In this document: positions 1 through 8,518 of the stretch, piece by piece
How the letters are laid out: each line of letters begins with the position of its first letter
Position numbering within the stretch: the first letter of the stretch is position 1
Assembly: GCA_963703955.1 (NCBI GenBank)
Contig: CAVPGK010000016.1
Coordinates: 64,001-128,000 of the forward strand
DNA length: 64,000 bases
Source: Nitrospirota bacterium
GTDB taxonomy: Bacteria > Nitrospirota > Nitrospiria > Nitrospirales > Nitrospiraceae
Reading direction: 5' to 3'
Translations under genes and position numbers: made by a program
Notes under the pieces: generated by a model
What the model saw: only the letters and a program-made list of their open reading frames with translations
What the model was told of the DNA's origin: nothing
Database searches by the model: none

Positions 1-30
1 CCTCCATTCTTCAGCCAATCCCCATTCTCC

Positions 31-1148
31 TCATGGCGTGAATGGTCCACCGGCAAGCGGGTGAACTGGGGCAGGGGCTGCGCCGTAGCCCTCCTGCGGG
101 AGGATGCGGAAATGTGTGACGGCGTAAGACACGGACCGACCGACCTCGAACCGGCACTGACGAAATTCTTCCTTGTTCATTCGCGACCGGAGAATGAGGC
201 CGGCCTCTGTTTCAATCTCGAGACGGTATGATACACCGAGAAAGTAGATATGACGCAGCCGCGCCTGCTGGCGAAAGCGGGATGGGTCATCCGAGATTTT
301 GACATAGTAGGGTCGGAACCCGATGTGAATCCGCCGACCGTCCGGAAAGGTCTGCGCGGGAAACTCCAACGATCCTACGCGGGCGACCCCGCTCTTCACC
401 TCGGCGTCCACAATATTCATTGACCCGATAAAGCGGGCGACGAACTCAGTGGCCGGCTCCTCATACACCTCGGCCGGCGACCCGACTTGCTCGAGCCGCC
501 CCTTCGCAAAGACGATCAAGCGGTCCGAGACTTCCATGGCCTCCTCTTGATCGTGGGTCACAAACAGGCTGGTCACATCCAGGTCGTCGTGCAGACGGAT
601 CAGCCACTCGCGAAGTTCTTGGCGGACCTGCGCGTCGACCGCCCCGAACGGCTCGTCCAGCAGCAACACGCTTGGACGGCAGCCCGCGCCCGCGCAATCG
701 CGACCCGTTGGCGCTGCCCGCCGGATAATTGATGGGGATATCGATCTCCCATTCGCTCCAGCCCCATAAGCTGCAACAAGTCCGACACACGACGCGTGGT
801 ATCAGTCCGCGACCATTTCTTGACGGTCAACCCGAAAACGATGTTCTCATACACCGTCATGTGTTTGAACAGGGCATAGTGTTGGAAGACAAAACCGATG
901 TTGCGCTGCTGGACGGGCAGATCGTTCACTCGAACCTGATCGATAAAGATGTCGCCGGAGGTCGGTGTTTCAAGTCCGGCGATGATCCGAAGGACCGTGG
1001 TTTTGCCGCTGCCGCTGGGACCCAGGAGCCCGAGCAACTCGCCTTCCGTGACGCAGAAGGAGACGTTCGACACGGCGTCCACCGACCCGAAGCGTTTCGA
1101 GAGATTTCGGACCTCGATCTTCACACCGCGTCGCCCGACGTCACTCAT
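31..1148 (-). CDS. cysA: Sulfate/thiosulfate ABC transporter ATP-binding subunit (split by a frameshift near 665)
   Basis: ORF 600-1148 has Walker [17 protein letters not shown] and [13 protein letters not shown] 31-669 continues with [18 protein letters not shown] and a TOBE-like tail. Lies downstream of cysT/cysW. Confidence 0.9.
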
Positions 1149-1150
1149 GG

Positions 1151-1957
1151 CTAGGCTCCTACCCGCGAGACCCCGGCGGTCCGGGTCTTGGCCAGCTCAA
1201 GCACAATAAGGATCAGAAAGGAAGCGGCCAGCAACGATGCGGCGACGGCGTAAGCCCCCAGGTAGTTGAAATCAACGTAGCTCTGATAGATGTGCATTGT
1301 AGCGGTCTGGGTCAGCATGAGCACATTGCCCGAGACCACAAGAATTGCGCCGAATTCGCCGATCGACCGTGCGACGGTCAGCGTGGCGCCATACACCAGC
1401 CCCCAGCGGATTGCCGGCAGGGTCACTTTGAGAAAGACGTACCACTCACTCGCGCCCAGGGTTCGCGCCGCTTCTTCCGCTTCCGTGCCGATGGTCTGCA
1501 AGACCGGCGTCAACTCGCGTACGACGAAGGGAAACGTGACGAAGAGCGTCACGAGAATCATGGCCGGCATGGCATACAGGACTTTGATATCGGCCTCGCC
1601 GAAGAACGTCCCCAGAATTGTGCCAGGACCGAATAGCAGGATGAGCATGAACCCCGTGATGACCGGCGACACGGCGAACGGCAAATCGATGAGCCCGCTC
1701 ATTACGGTCTGGCCCATAAACCGCTGTCGGACGAGAACCAGCGCGGTCACCGTCCCGAAGATGACATTGACGATGAGAACGATGGAGGTGATCTGAGCGG
1801 TCAGCTTGAACCCATGCAGGGCTTCGGGACGAGTGACTTCGGTCCAGAAGACCGTCACTCCCTCGCCGAATGCCTGCGCGCAGAGGTAGGCAATGGGACC
1901 GATGAGCAGTCCGATGAAATACACCCACACAATGGCGATCAACATTCGACGAATCAT
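1151..1957 (-). CDS. cysW: Sulfate ABC transporter permease CysW
   Basis: Hydrophobic; DLPFAVSPV, FVTFPFVVREL, EAA loop EEAARTLGAS, ARSIGEFGA. Confidence 0.9.
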   Translation of the reverse strand: MIRRMLIAIVWVYFIGLLIGPIAYLCAQAFGEGVTVFWTEVTRPEALHGFKLTAQITSIVLIVNVIFGTVTALVLVRQRFMGQTVMSGLIDLPFAVSPVITGFMLILLFGPGTILGTFFGEADIKVLYAMPAMILVTLFVTFPFVVRELTPVLQTIGTEAEEAARTLGASEWYVFLKVTLPAIRWGLVYGATLTVARSIGEFGAILVVSGNVLMLTQTATMHIYQSYVDFNYLGAYAVAASLLAASFLILIVLELAKTRTAGVSRVGA

Positions 1958-1965
1958 AATCTTTC

Positions 1966-2033
1966 GAGTTCTGAGCCTTGAGTACTGAGTTCCAAATTGG
2001 TCGGATTTGTTCTCAGACCTCAGACCTCAGCAC
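1966..2033. repeat. Short degenerate heptamer-type repeats in inverted arrangement (TGAG units vs CTCAGAC/CTCAGCAC units)
   Basis: gagttctgagccttgagtactgag ... ctcagacctcagacctcagcac at the cysT-cysW junction. Confidence 0.4.
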
Positions 2034-2861
2034 TTTTTGCCTTATGAATATCGGCAGACGCTCGCCTGGCGGCCTGGTCAACCGTTCCAAGAGCATGAGC
2101 GCAAGGAATGAAATCAGCAGGACCACGACCGAAACGGACGTCGCGCCTCGCGGGTTGTAACTTTCAATCTCACCGTACACATAAACCGCCGCGACCTGCG
2201 TTTTCATCGGGATGTTACCCGCAACGATGACCACCGAGCCGAATTCACCCAGGGCGCGGACAAAGGTCAAGAAGATCCCGGTCAACAGACCCGGCAACAC
2301 GGAGGGGACCGTGACCCGCAAAAATGCTTTCCATGGGCTTGCTCCCAGCGTGTAGGCGGCTTCTTCCTGATCCTTCTCCAGTTCAATCAAGACGGGCTGC
2401 AAGGCGCGAATAGTGAACGGCATGGTGACGAACAACATCGCCAGGATGATGCCGGGAAGATTGTAGAGAACCTCAATACCGCCTTGCTGCAACCGCGCGC
2501 CTATGGGACTAGTCGTGCCATACAGAGCTGCGATCATCAGCCCGGCCACCAGAGTGGGAATGGCAAATGGAAGATCAACCAGCGCATTTAAGAATGCGCG
2601 GCCCGCAAAGTCATAGCGCACAAGGACCCATGCGGACAGTGTCCCAAACGCGGCATTGATGAGGGTGGTCACCAACGCTGCCTGGACGGTCAAGATGAGC
2701 GCTGAGGCCGCCGCAGGCTGGCGGACATCTTCCAGAAAGCGAGCGAACCCGCCTTCCATTGAATGCGCGCTGATGGTCGCAAGCGGAAGGAGGACGAGGC
2801 AGAGCACATAGCCGATGGCGGCCGATCGTAACGCGACTCTGGCCAAAGAATGACGGCTCAT
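2013..2861 (-). CDS. cysT: Sulfate ABC transporter permease CysT
   Basis: AWVLVRYDF, DLPFAIPTLVAG, EEAAYTLGAS, RALGEFGSV, AGNIP. Start placed at ATG 2861 (MSRHSL). Confidence 0.9.
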   Translation of the reverse strand: MSRHSLARVALRSAAIGYVLCLVLLPLATISAHSMEGGFARFLEDVRQPAAASALILTVQAALVTTLINAAFGTLSAWVLVRYDFAGRAFLNALVDLPFAIPTLVAGLMIAALYGTTSPIGARLQQGGIEVLYNLPGIILAMLFVTMPFTIRALQPVLIELEKDQEEAAYTLGASPWKAFLRVTVPSVLPGLLTGIFLTFVRALGEFGSVVIVAGNIPMKTQVAAVYVYGEIESYNPRGATSVSVVVLLISFLALMLLERLTRPPGERLPIFIRQKVLRSEV

Positions 2862-2944
2862 CGGGCGATAGCTTCGTGCAGGAGGAATAACAAGCAGGCC
2901 GAAGCGGCAACTATTAATGACGACTCGCCAAGGCCTTCTATTAT

Positions 2945-4066
2945 TTATTTTCCCGTGGCTAATTCCTCGACGGCTCGCGACCACACGCCCTGCGGTCCAA
3001 ACAAGACAGCAGCGATCTTGTCCCATCCCCCTAAGTCAGCAATGGTAAAAAGAGCCGAGGGAGTTGGATAGGACCGGACATCTTGCAGGTTCTGCGAGAC
3101 CGGCCGGAAATCCGAGTCGATGAAGGCGCGCTGCGCTTGGTCGCTGTGCAGGAAAACCACGAACGCTTCGGCCAGATCGCGGACACGATGTTTGTCGACA
3201 TGGCGATCCACGAGCGCAACTGGATTTTCGATCAGCACGGTCTGCGCAGGCAGTACCAGTTCGATGGGCCGGCCGCTCTTGATGCGAGGCAGCAGTTCAT
3301 TCTCATAGGTTACGATCACATCACCCACCCCGCGCTCGAAGGTCGTGACGGATTCCCGACCGCTTTTGTCCATCACTTTCACGTTCTTTTGAATCCGCTT
3401 GAGCAAGTCTGCAGCATATGATTCCGGGGAGCCTTGCTTCGGATCGGCCAGTTTAAGCCCGGCTCCATAGATCGCGATGATGTCCCACATCGCGCCGCCC
3501 GAGGTTTTTGGGTTGGGATACAAGACGTCGACGCCAGGCTTGGCCAGATCCTCCCACGTCTTGATGCCTTTCGGATTGCCTTTCCGGACGCCCAACGCCA
3601 CCACTGAAGCCGTGACGTTGCCCCCATGAGGACGAGAGCGCCAATCATGAGTGACGAGGCCGGCTTTCACCACCTGGTCGAGGTCACCCTGGACCGAGAG
3701 GGCAGCCACATCTGCCTCAAAACCCCCGATGATCGCCCGAGCCTGCGCCCCAGAGGCGCCATAAGAACTCCGGAAGCGGACGACCTCTCCCGTCCGTTCC
3801 TTCCAGTAACGCTGGAACGCCGGGATCAGTCGTGTTTCATAGGCCTCTTTGGGAACGCTGTACACGGCGAGCAGAAGTTCGCGAGACGCAGGGGCCTCGG
3901 CACGGCTTTTCCCCGACCACATCACGGTTCCCAGACCGAGAGCTGTGATGATCAGAATGAGAAGTGTGCTGACCCCGCCATGGCTGGCGCATGTTGTCGG
4001 GTTATCGTTCCGCACGACGGGTATGCCTCCCGGGGTGAGATAGCGCCTGCGGTGGGCGGGTGTCAT
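2945..4066 (-). CDS. sbp: Sulfate ABC transporter substrate-binding protein (Sbp/CysP family)
   Basis: SYGASGAQARA, RKGNPKGIKTWEDL, PNPKTSGGA, GDVIVTYENE. Start uncertain. Confidence 0.92.
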   Translation of the reverse strand: MTPAHRRRYLTPGGIPVVRNDNPTTCASHGGVSTLLILIITALGLGTVMWSGKSRAEAPASRELLLAVYSVPKEAYETRLIPAFQRYWKERTGEVVRFRSSYGASGAQARAIIGGFEADVAALSVQGDLDQVVKAGLVTHDWRSRPHGGNVTASVVALGVRKGNPKGIKTWEDLAKPGVDVLYPNPKTSGGAMWDIIAIYGAGLKLADPKQGSPESYAADLLKRIQKNVKVMDKSGRESVTTFERGVGDVIVTYENELLPRIKSGRPIELVLPAQTVLIENPVALVDRHVDKHRVRDLAEAFVVFLHSDQAQRAFIDSDFRPVSQNLQDVRSYPTPSALFTIADLGGWDKIAAVLFGPQGVWSRAVEELATGK

Positions 4067-4496
4067 TGGTCTGTTTCACAAAATCGCTGAGCCTGTAATT
4101 GTCCAGAATATCTGCGATGGCATTGCGCACATCCAACATAACCCGCTGAATAGGGCAATTCTTCGTGTCGTTGTCCGCGTAAGGGCAGTCTTCACACTTT
4201 TGGTAAGCGGTCTTGCTGACACAGGAAATGGGGGCGAGCGGGCCATCAAGGACTCGAATCACCTGACCGAGCGTGATTTCCTGGGGGGATTTGATCAGGC
4301 TGTACCCACCGCCGACGCCTCTGCGACTGGCCAAAAATCCGGCGTTCTTGAGCGAAAGTAGAATTTGCTCGAGAAACTCAATAGGAATTCGTTGACGCGC
4401 AGCGATTTCATGACGTTGAAGGAGAGACCCCCCGTATCGACCGGTGAGCTCGATCAGCGCTCGCAGCCCGTACTGGCTCTTCTTCGAGAAATTCAT
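4002..4496 (-). CDS. Rrf2-family transcriptional regulator (IscR/CymR-like)
   Basis: YGLRAL, FLEQILLSLKNAG, SRRGVGGGYSL, ITLGQVIRVLDG and a Cys cluster C-x8-C-x2-C-x9-C. First gene of the sulfate operon. Confidence 0.9.
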   Translation of the reverse strand: MNFSKKSQYGLRALIELTGRYGGSLLQRHEIAARQRIPIEFLEQILLSLKNAGFLASRRGVGGGYSLIKSPQEITLGQVIRVLDGPLAPISCVSKTAYQKCEDCPYADNDTKNCPIQRVMLDVRNAIADILDNYRLSDFVKQTNDTRPPQALSHPGRHTRRAER

Positions 4497-4662
4497 GGCC
4501 CGGCCATTGTCAACTGAGTTACTCGACTTTTGTGACAATACCCCGACCGGTGCCTTTGCGTCAAGACAGCGATTCTTGTGAAGGAGCAGACCCGTCCATT
4601 TCGATGGAGAAACGCATTACGCGGATTGCAAAATTTCTGACGCGATCACGGTCATGATCGTC

Positions 4663-4692
4663 TTGACAGTGAATAAGATTCCTTGTTAATTT
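4663..4692 (+). promoter_or_regulatory. Probable sigma70 promoter for glyQS
   Basis: TTGACA (4663) followed 17-18 nt later by TG-t-TAATTT, about 60 nt before glyQ. Confidence 0.5.
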
Positions 4693-4749
4693 GGCATAGC
4701 TTAACTATCCTCTAGCCATCCGTCATCCCCCCAAAGTCAGGGACAATCT

Positions 4750-5664
4750 GTGACCTTTCAGGAGCTGATTCTCTCCCTTCACCGCTTTTGGGCCGACCAG
4801 GGCTGTGTGATTCATCAACCCTACGATCTCGAAATGGGAGCCGGAACCTTTCATCCGGCCACCTTCTTGAAAGCCTTGGGTCCGGAACCCTGGCGAGCCG
4901 GTTATGCCCAGCCCTGCCGTCGTCCCACTGATGGTCGATATGGGGAAAACCCCAATCGATTGCAGCACTACTATCAATATCAAGTCGTGCTCAAACCGTC
5001 TCCGGACACTATTCAAGACCTCTATCTTGAGAGTTTGGCCACCCTCGGTATCGATCCCAAAAAGCACGACATCCGATTCGTCCAGGATGACTGGGAATCG
5101 CCCACCCTGGGCGCATGGGGGCTCGGTTGGGAAGTTCGGTTAGACGGGATGGAAATTACTCAATTTACCTATTTTCAGGAAATCGGCGGCGTCGAACTGA
5201 ACCCGATTACGGTCGAGATTACCTATGGCACGGAGCGGATCGCCATGTACCTCCAACAGATCGACAATGTGTTCGATTTGCAATGGACCGACAGCGTGAC
5301 CTACGGAGATATTCATCGCCGTACTGAAGTACAATTTTCCACGTACAATTTTGAAGAAGCCGATGTCGCGATGCTGAACGCCACGTTTCAAGCCTTTGAA
5401 GCTGAATCCAGGCGACTGACTGAAAAAGGTTTGATCTTGCCGGCCTATGACTACTGCATCAAGACCTCTCATGTCTTCAATCTTCTGGATGCGCGAGGGG
5501 CGATCAGCGTCGCAGAGCGCACCAGGTATATTGCCCGGGTCCGCGCGCTCGCTCGTTTGTGCGCAGACGGTTACCTCAAGGAGCGTGAAGAACTGGGATA
5601 CCCTCTGTTAAACGAAAAGAGGCCGTTACCGCGAAAATCCGCTGCGAAATCGCACGCCTCATGA
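4750..5664 (+). CDS. glyQ: Glycine--tRNA ligase alpha subunit
   Basis: [67 protein letters not shown]. Confidence 0.97.
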   Translation: MTFQELILSLHRFWADQGCVIHQPYDLEMGAGTFHPATFLKALGPEPWRAGYAQPCRRPTDGRYGENPNRLQHYYQYQVVLKPSPDTIQDLYLESLATLGIDPKKHDIRFVQDDWESPTLGAWGLGWEVRLDGMEITQFTYFQEIGGVELNPITVEITYGTERIAMYLQQIDNVFDLQWTDSVTYGDIHRRTEVQFSTYNFEEADVAMLNATFQAFEAESRRLTEKGLILPAYDYCIKTSHVFNLLDARGAISVAERTRYIARVRALARLCADGYLKEREELGYPLLNEKRPLPRKSAAKSHAS

Positions 5665-7823
5665 CACAAGACAGGAAAGACAGGTCGCTCAAGAAGCATG
5701 CGGCCGCGCGCCCAGAGGGCAAGGAATTGCTGTTGGAGATTGGAACGGAAGAACTCCCGTACCAGTTCGTTTCGATGGCTATTACCGGACTTCGCGAAGC
5801 GGCTGAGCGGCTCTTCAAGGAACACCGGCTGACGCACGGGCCATTGCGGACGTTCGGCACTCCCCGGCGTCTCTTGCTGGTGGTCGAGTCAGTGGCGAAC
5901 CGGCAGATCGAGGCGCTGAGGGAAGTCATGGGTCCCTCCAAGACTGTGGCGTTCGATTCGGGCGGGGAAGCAACGAAGGCCGCCATGGGATTCGCCGCAT
6001 CACAAGGTGTGACGACTCAAGACCTGGAAGTGCGGTCCACTGCGAAGGGGGAGTATGTCTTTGCCGTCAAGCGCGACCCGGGTCGGTTGGCTTCGGCGGT
6101 CCTGGGCGAATTGTTGCCGGCCCTGATCGGATCACTGTCATTTCCCAAATCCATGCGGTGGAACACAGTCGGGATTCGATTCGCACGACCGATCCGATGG
6201 GTGCTTGCGCTCTACGGCGGTCGGGGTGTCGACTTTCAGGTCGGAGGATTGGCCGCAGGGAACCGGACCTGGGGGCATCGGTCCTATGGATCTTCAAAGA
6301 CCTCAAATAGACAGGGACTTCTCATCAAGGACTTCAAGTCATACGTGAGCATATTGGAGCGGTATGGCGTTGTTCCTGACCAGGACAAGAGACGCACGAT
6401 GATCCTGGCGCAACTCACCGAGCTGTCGGCCTCGACTCGCGGTGTCGTCCATCGCGACGAAGACCTCTTGGAGCAGGCCGTCTATACTGTTGAGTACCCC
6501 CACGCGATTGTGGGGACATTCCACCCGCAGTACCTATCGGTGCCGAAGGACGTCTTGATGACCGCGATGAAGGAGCATCAGGGATTTTTTTCGCTGATGA
6601 ATAAGGATGGCTCCTTGCTTCCGGCTTTCATCTCGGTCACAAACACGAAGTTACCCGACATGGGATTGATTCGTGAAGGGAATGAGCGAGTCCTGGCGGC
6701 GCGTCTCGCAGACGCGAAGTTCTTTTTCGACGAGGATCGCAAGGTCAGGCTGTTCGATCGCGTCGAAAAACTCAAAGGCGTGACCTTTCACCAGAAGCTG
6801 GGGACTCTCTACCAAAAGACCGAGCGGGTCATCAAACTGGCGGAGAAGCTGGCCGATAAGCGAGATCGCAGCACCTGTCGCCGCGCCGCACAATTGAGCA
6901 AGGCCGACTTGCTGACCGGCATTGTGGGAGAATTTCCGACCCTGCAGGGGGTGATGGGTGGAGAATACGCCCGGCATGACGGTGAGAACCCAGAGGTATG
7001 CCTCGCCATTGCCGAACAGTATTTGCCGCGGACCATGGAAAGCGAATTGCCGAAAACACTTGCGGGGACAATCCTCTCGCTGGCTGATCGACTCGACACA
7101 ATTGTCGCCTTCTTTCATGCGGGGGTCGTTCCTACCGGTTCGGAGGATCCTCTGGGGTTGAGGCGGCACGCCTTGGCTGTTGTTCGGCTCATCATTGAGG
7201 GGAATCTCAAGCTGAACGTCGCTGAGGCCACCGGTTACGCCAAAGAACTGGTCCAGAATCAAGGGTTCAAGGAAGCCGGCGTGGCCGATCCAATCGAGTT
7301 TCTGGGCGAGCGACTCCGTTATTACGGTCGCACAGTCCATGGCCTGCGGGACGATGTCATGGAGGCGTTGCTGAAGCCGGCATTGCGCACCGATCGCAGG
7401 ACACACGTCGATCTTCTGGATCTTCTAGCAAGGATGAAAGCTCTTCAGGGTATCACAGTGCGGCCGGAGTTTGATCCGCTCATGGTCGGGTTCAAGAGGG
7501 CGCACCGTATTGTGGAAAAGGAGAAGTGGTCTCGCGAGGTCGTGGACGCTGCGCTGTTCCAGCACCCCACGGAAGCGGAACTTCATAAACTGCTTGCGGA
7601 CGCCAACGGGGCAGTCCCGGCCGCCATCACCCGGGGTGAGTACGCGGGGGCCCTGAACGTATTGGTCCAGATGAAGCCGGCCATCGATGGATTTTTCTCC
7701 GGGGTGCTGGTCAACGCGGAGGACGAAGCGCTGAGGGCCAACCGCCTCTCGTTGCTCGCGGCCGTGGACCGTCTCTTTCTAAGCTTTGCCGATTTCTCTC
7801 ACATTGTCGTTCAGGGAGCCTGA
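5661..7823 (+). CDS. glyS: Glycine--tRNA ligase beta subunit
   Basis: [66 protein letters not shown]. Confidence 0.96.
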   Translation: MTQDRKDRSLKKHAAARPEGKELLLEIGTEELPYQFVSMAITGLREAAERLFKEHRLTHGPLRTFGTPRRLLLVVESVANRQIEALREVMGPSKTVAFDSGGEATKAAMGFAASQGVTTQDLEVRSTAKGEYVFAVKRDPGRLASAVLGELLPALIGSLSFPKSMRWNTVGIRFARPIRWVLALYGGRGVDFQVGGLAAGNRTWGHRSYGSSKTSNRQGLLIKDFKSYVSILERYGVVPDQDKRRTMILAQLTELSASTRGVVHRDEDLLEQAVYTVEYPHAIVGTFHPQYLSVPKDVLMTAMKEHQGFFSLMNKDGSLLPAFISVTNTKLPDMGLIREGNERVLAARLADAKFFFDEDRKVRLFDRVEKLKGVTFHQKLGTLYQKTERVIKLAEKLADKRDRSTCRRAAQLSKADLLTGIVGEFPTLQGVMGGEYARHDGENPEVCLAIAEQYLPRTMESELPKTLAGTILSLADRLDTIVAFFHAGVVPTGSEDPLGLRRHALAVVRLIIEGNLKLNVAEATGYAKELVQNQGFKEAGVADPIEFLGERLRYYGRTVHGLRDDVMEALLKPALRTDRRTHVDLLDLLARMKALQGITVRPEFDPLMVGFKRAHRIVEKEKWSREVVDAALFQHPTEAELHKLLADANGAVPAAITRGEYAGALNVLVQMKPAIDGFFSGVLVNAEDEALRANRLSLLAAVDRLFLSFADFSHIVVQGA

Positions 7824-7893
7824 TGAATTGAGCGCAATTCCGGCATGGCGTGGAAACGAGGGGGAGGACCCTGAGCCGATCCCTGCTCCGACC

Positions 7894-8352
7894 ATGGCCG
7901 AGCGGCAGGATCCTCGCGTCCGGCGCTACAGCCTGATCGTCACGCTGGCGATGATCGTCGTGTGCAATGCCATCTTTCTCCTGGGCATCCGGTGGAGCGG
8001 GGTCAATCTCGACGAATTGATTCGAACTCCGGACCTCTTCAATCCAAGGAAGGATGTCTGCCTCCGCATGACATGGCAGCAGGTTGAAGGAGACAATCGA
8101 CCCATTCAACTCTGTTCCGAATGGATCAATTTGTCGGATCCTACCGGGAACACCCATTCCTTCCAAAAGGGAACGGAGGTGGTGAAAGGAGGAGACGGGA
8201 AGCTGTACTTCGATCATGGCGTGCAAGTTGATTATCGGCTCTTTCTCTTCGGCGCGTTCGTGATAGCGGTGTTTGCATTCGGATTGCTGCTCAGGCGATA
8301 TATGATTCGCCGCTACCGGATGCGATTGGAGATGATAGCCGGCCAATCATAA
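7894..8352 (+). CDS. Hypothetical membrane protein (two TM helices flanking a Cys-containing loop)
   Basis: Clean ORF between glyS and ppdK with two hydrophobic segments. Start uncertain. Confidence 0.7.
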   Translation: MAERQDPRVRRYSLIVTLAMIVVCNAIFLLGIRWSGVNLDELIRTPDLFNPRKDVCLRMTWQQVEGDNRPIQLCSEWINLSDPTGNTHSFQKGTEVVKGGDGKLYFDHGVQVDYRLFLFGAFVIAVFAFGLLLRRYMIRRYRMRLEMIAGQS

Positions 8353-8373
8353 GCGTTCATCGATCTAGCAGGT

Positions 8374-8497
8374 CAGGATGTTCAAAAAGGCAGCCCAGCG
8401 AGGCCGCAGCGAGTGAAAAGCCGAAGCGTACTCTTTGCAGTACGTTGAGGCTTTGAGCGATGCGAGAACAAAGCTGGAGGCCTTTTTCAACATCCTG
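8374..8497. repeat. MITE-like intergenic element with 17-bp terminal inverted repeats
   Basis: caggatgttcaaaaagg (8374-8390) and cctttttcaacatcctg (8481-8497) are reverse complements with one mismatch. No coding capacity. Confidence 0.8.
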
Positions 8498-8518
8498 CTA
8501 ATCAAGAGGAGAGCAGTC

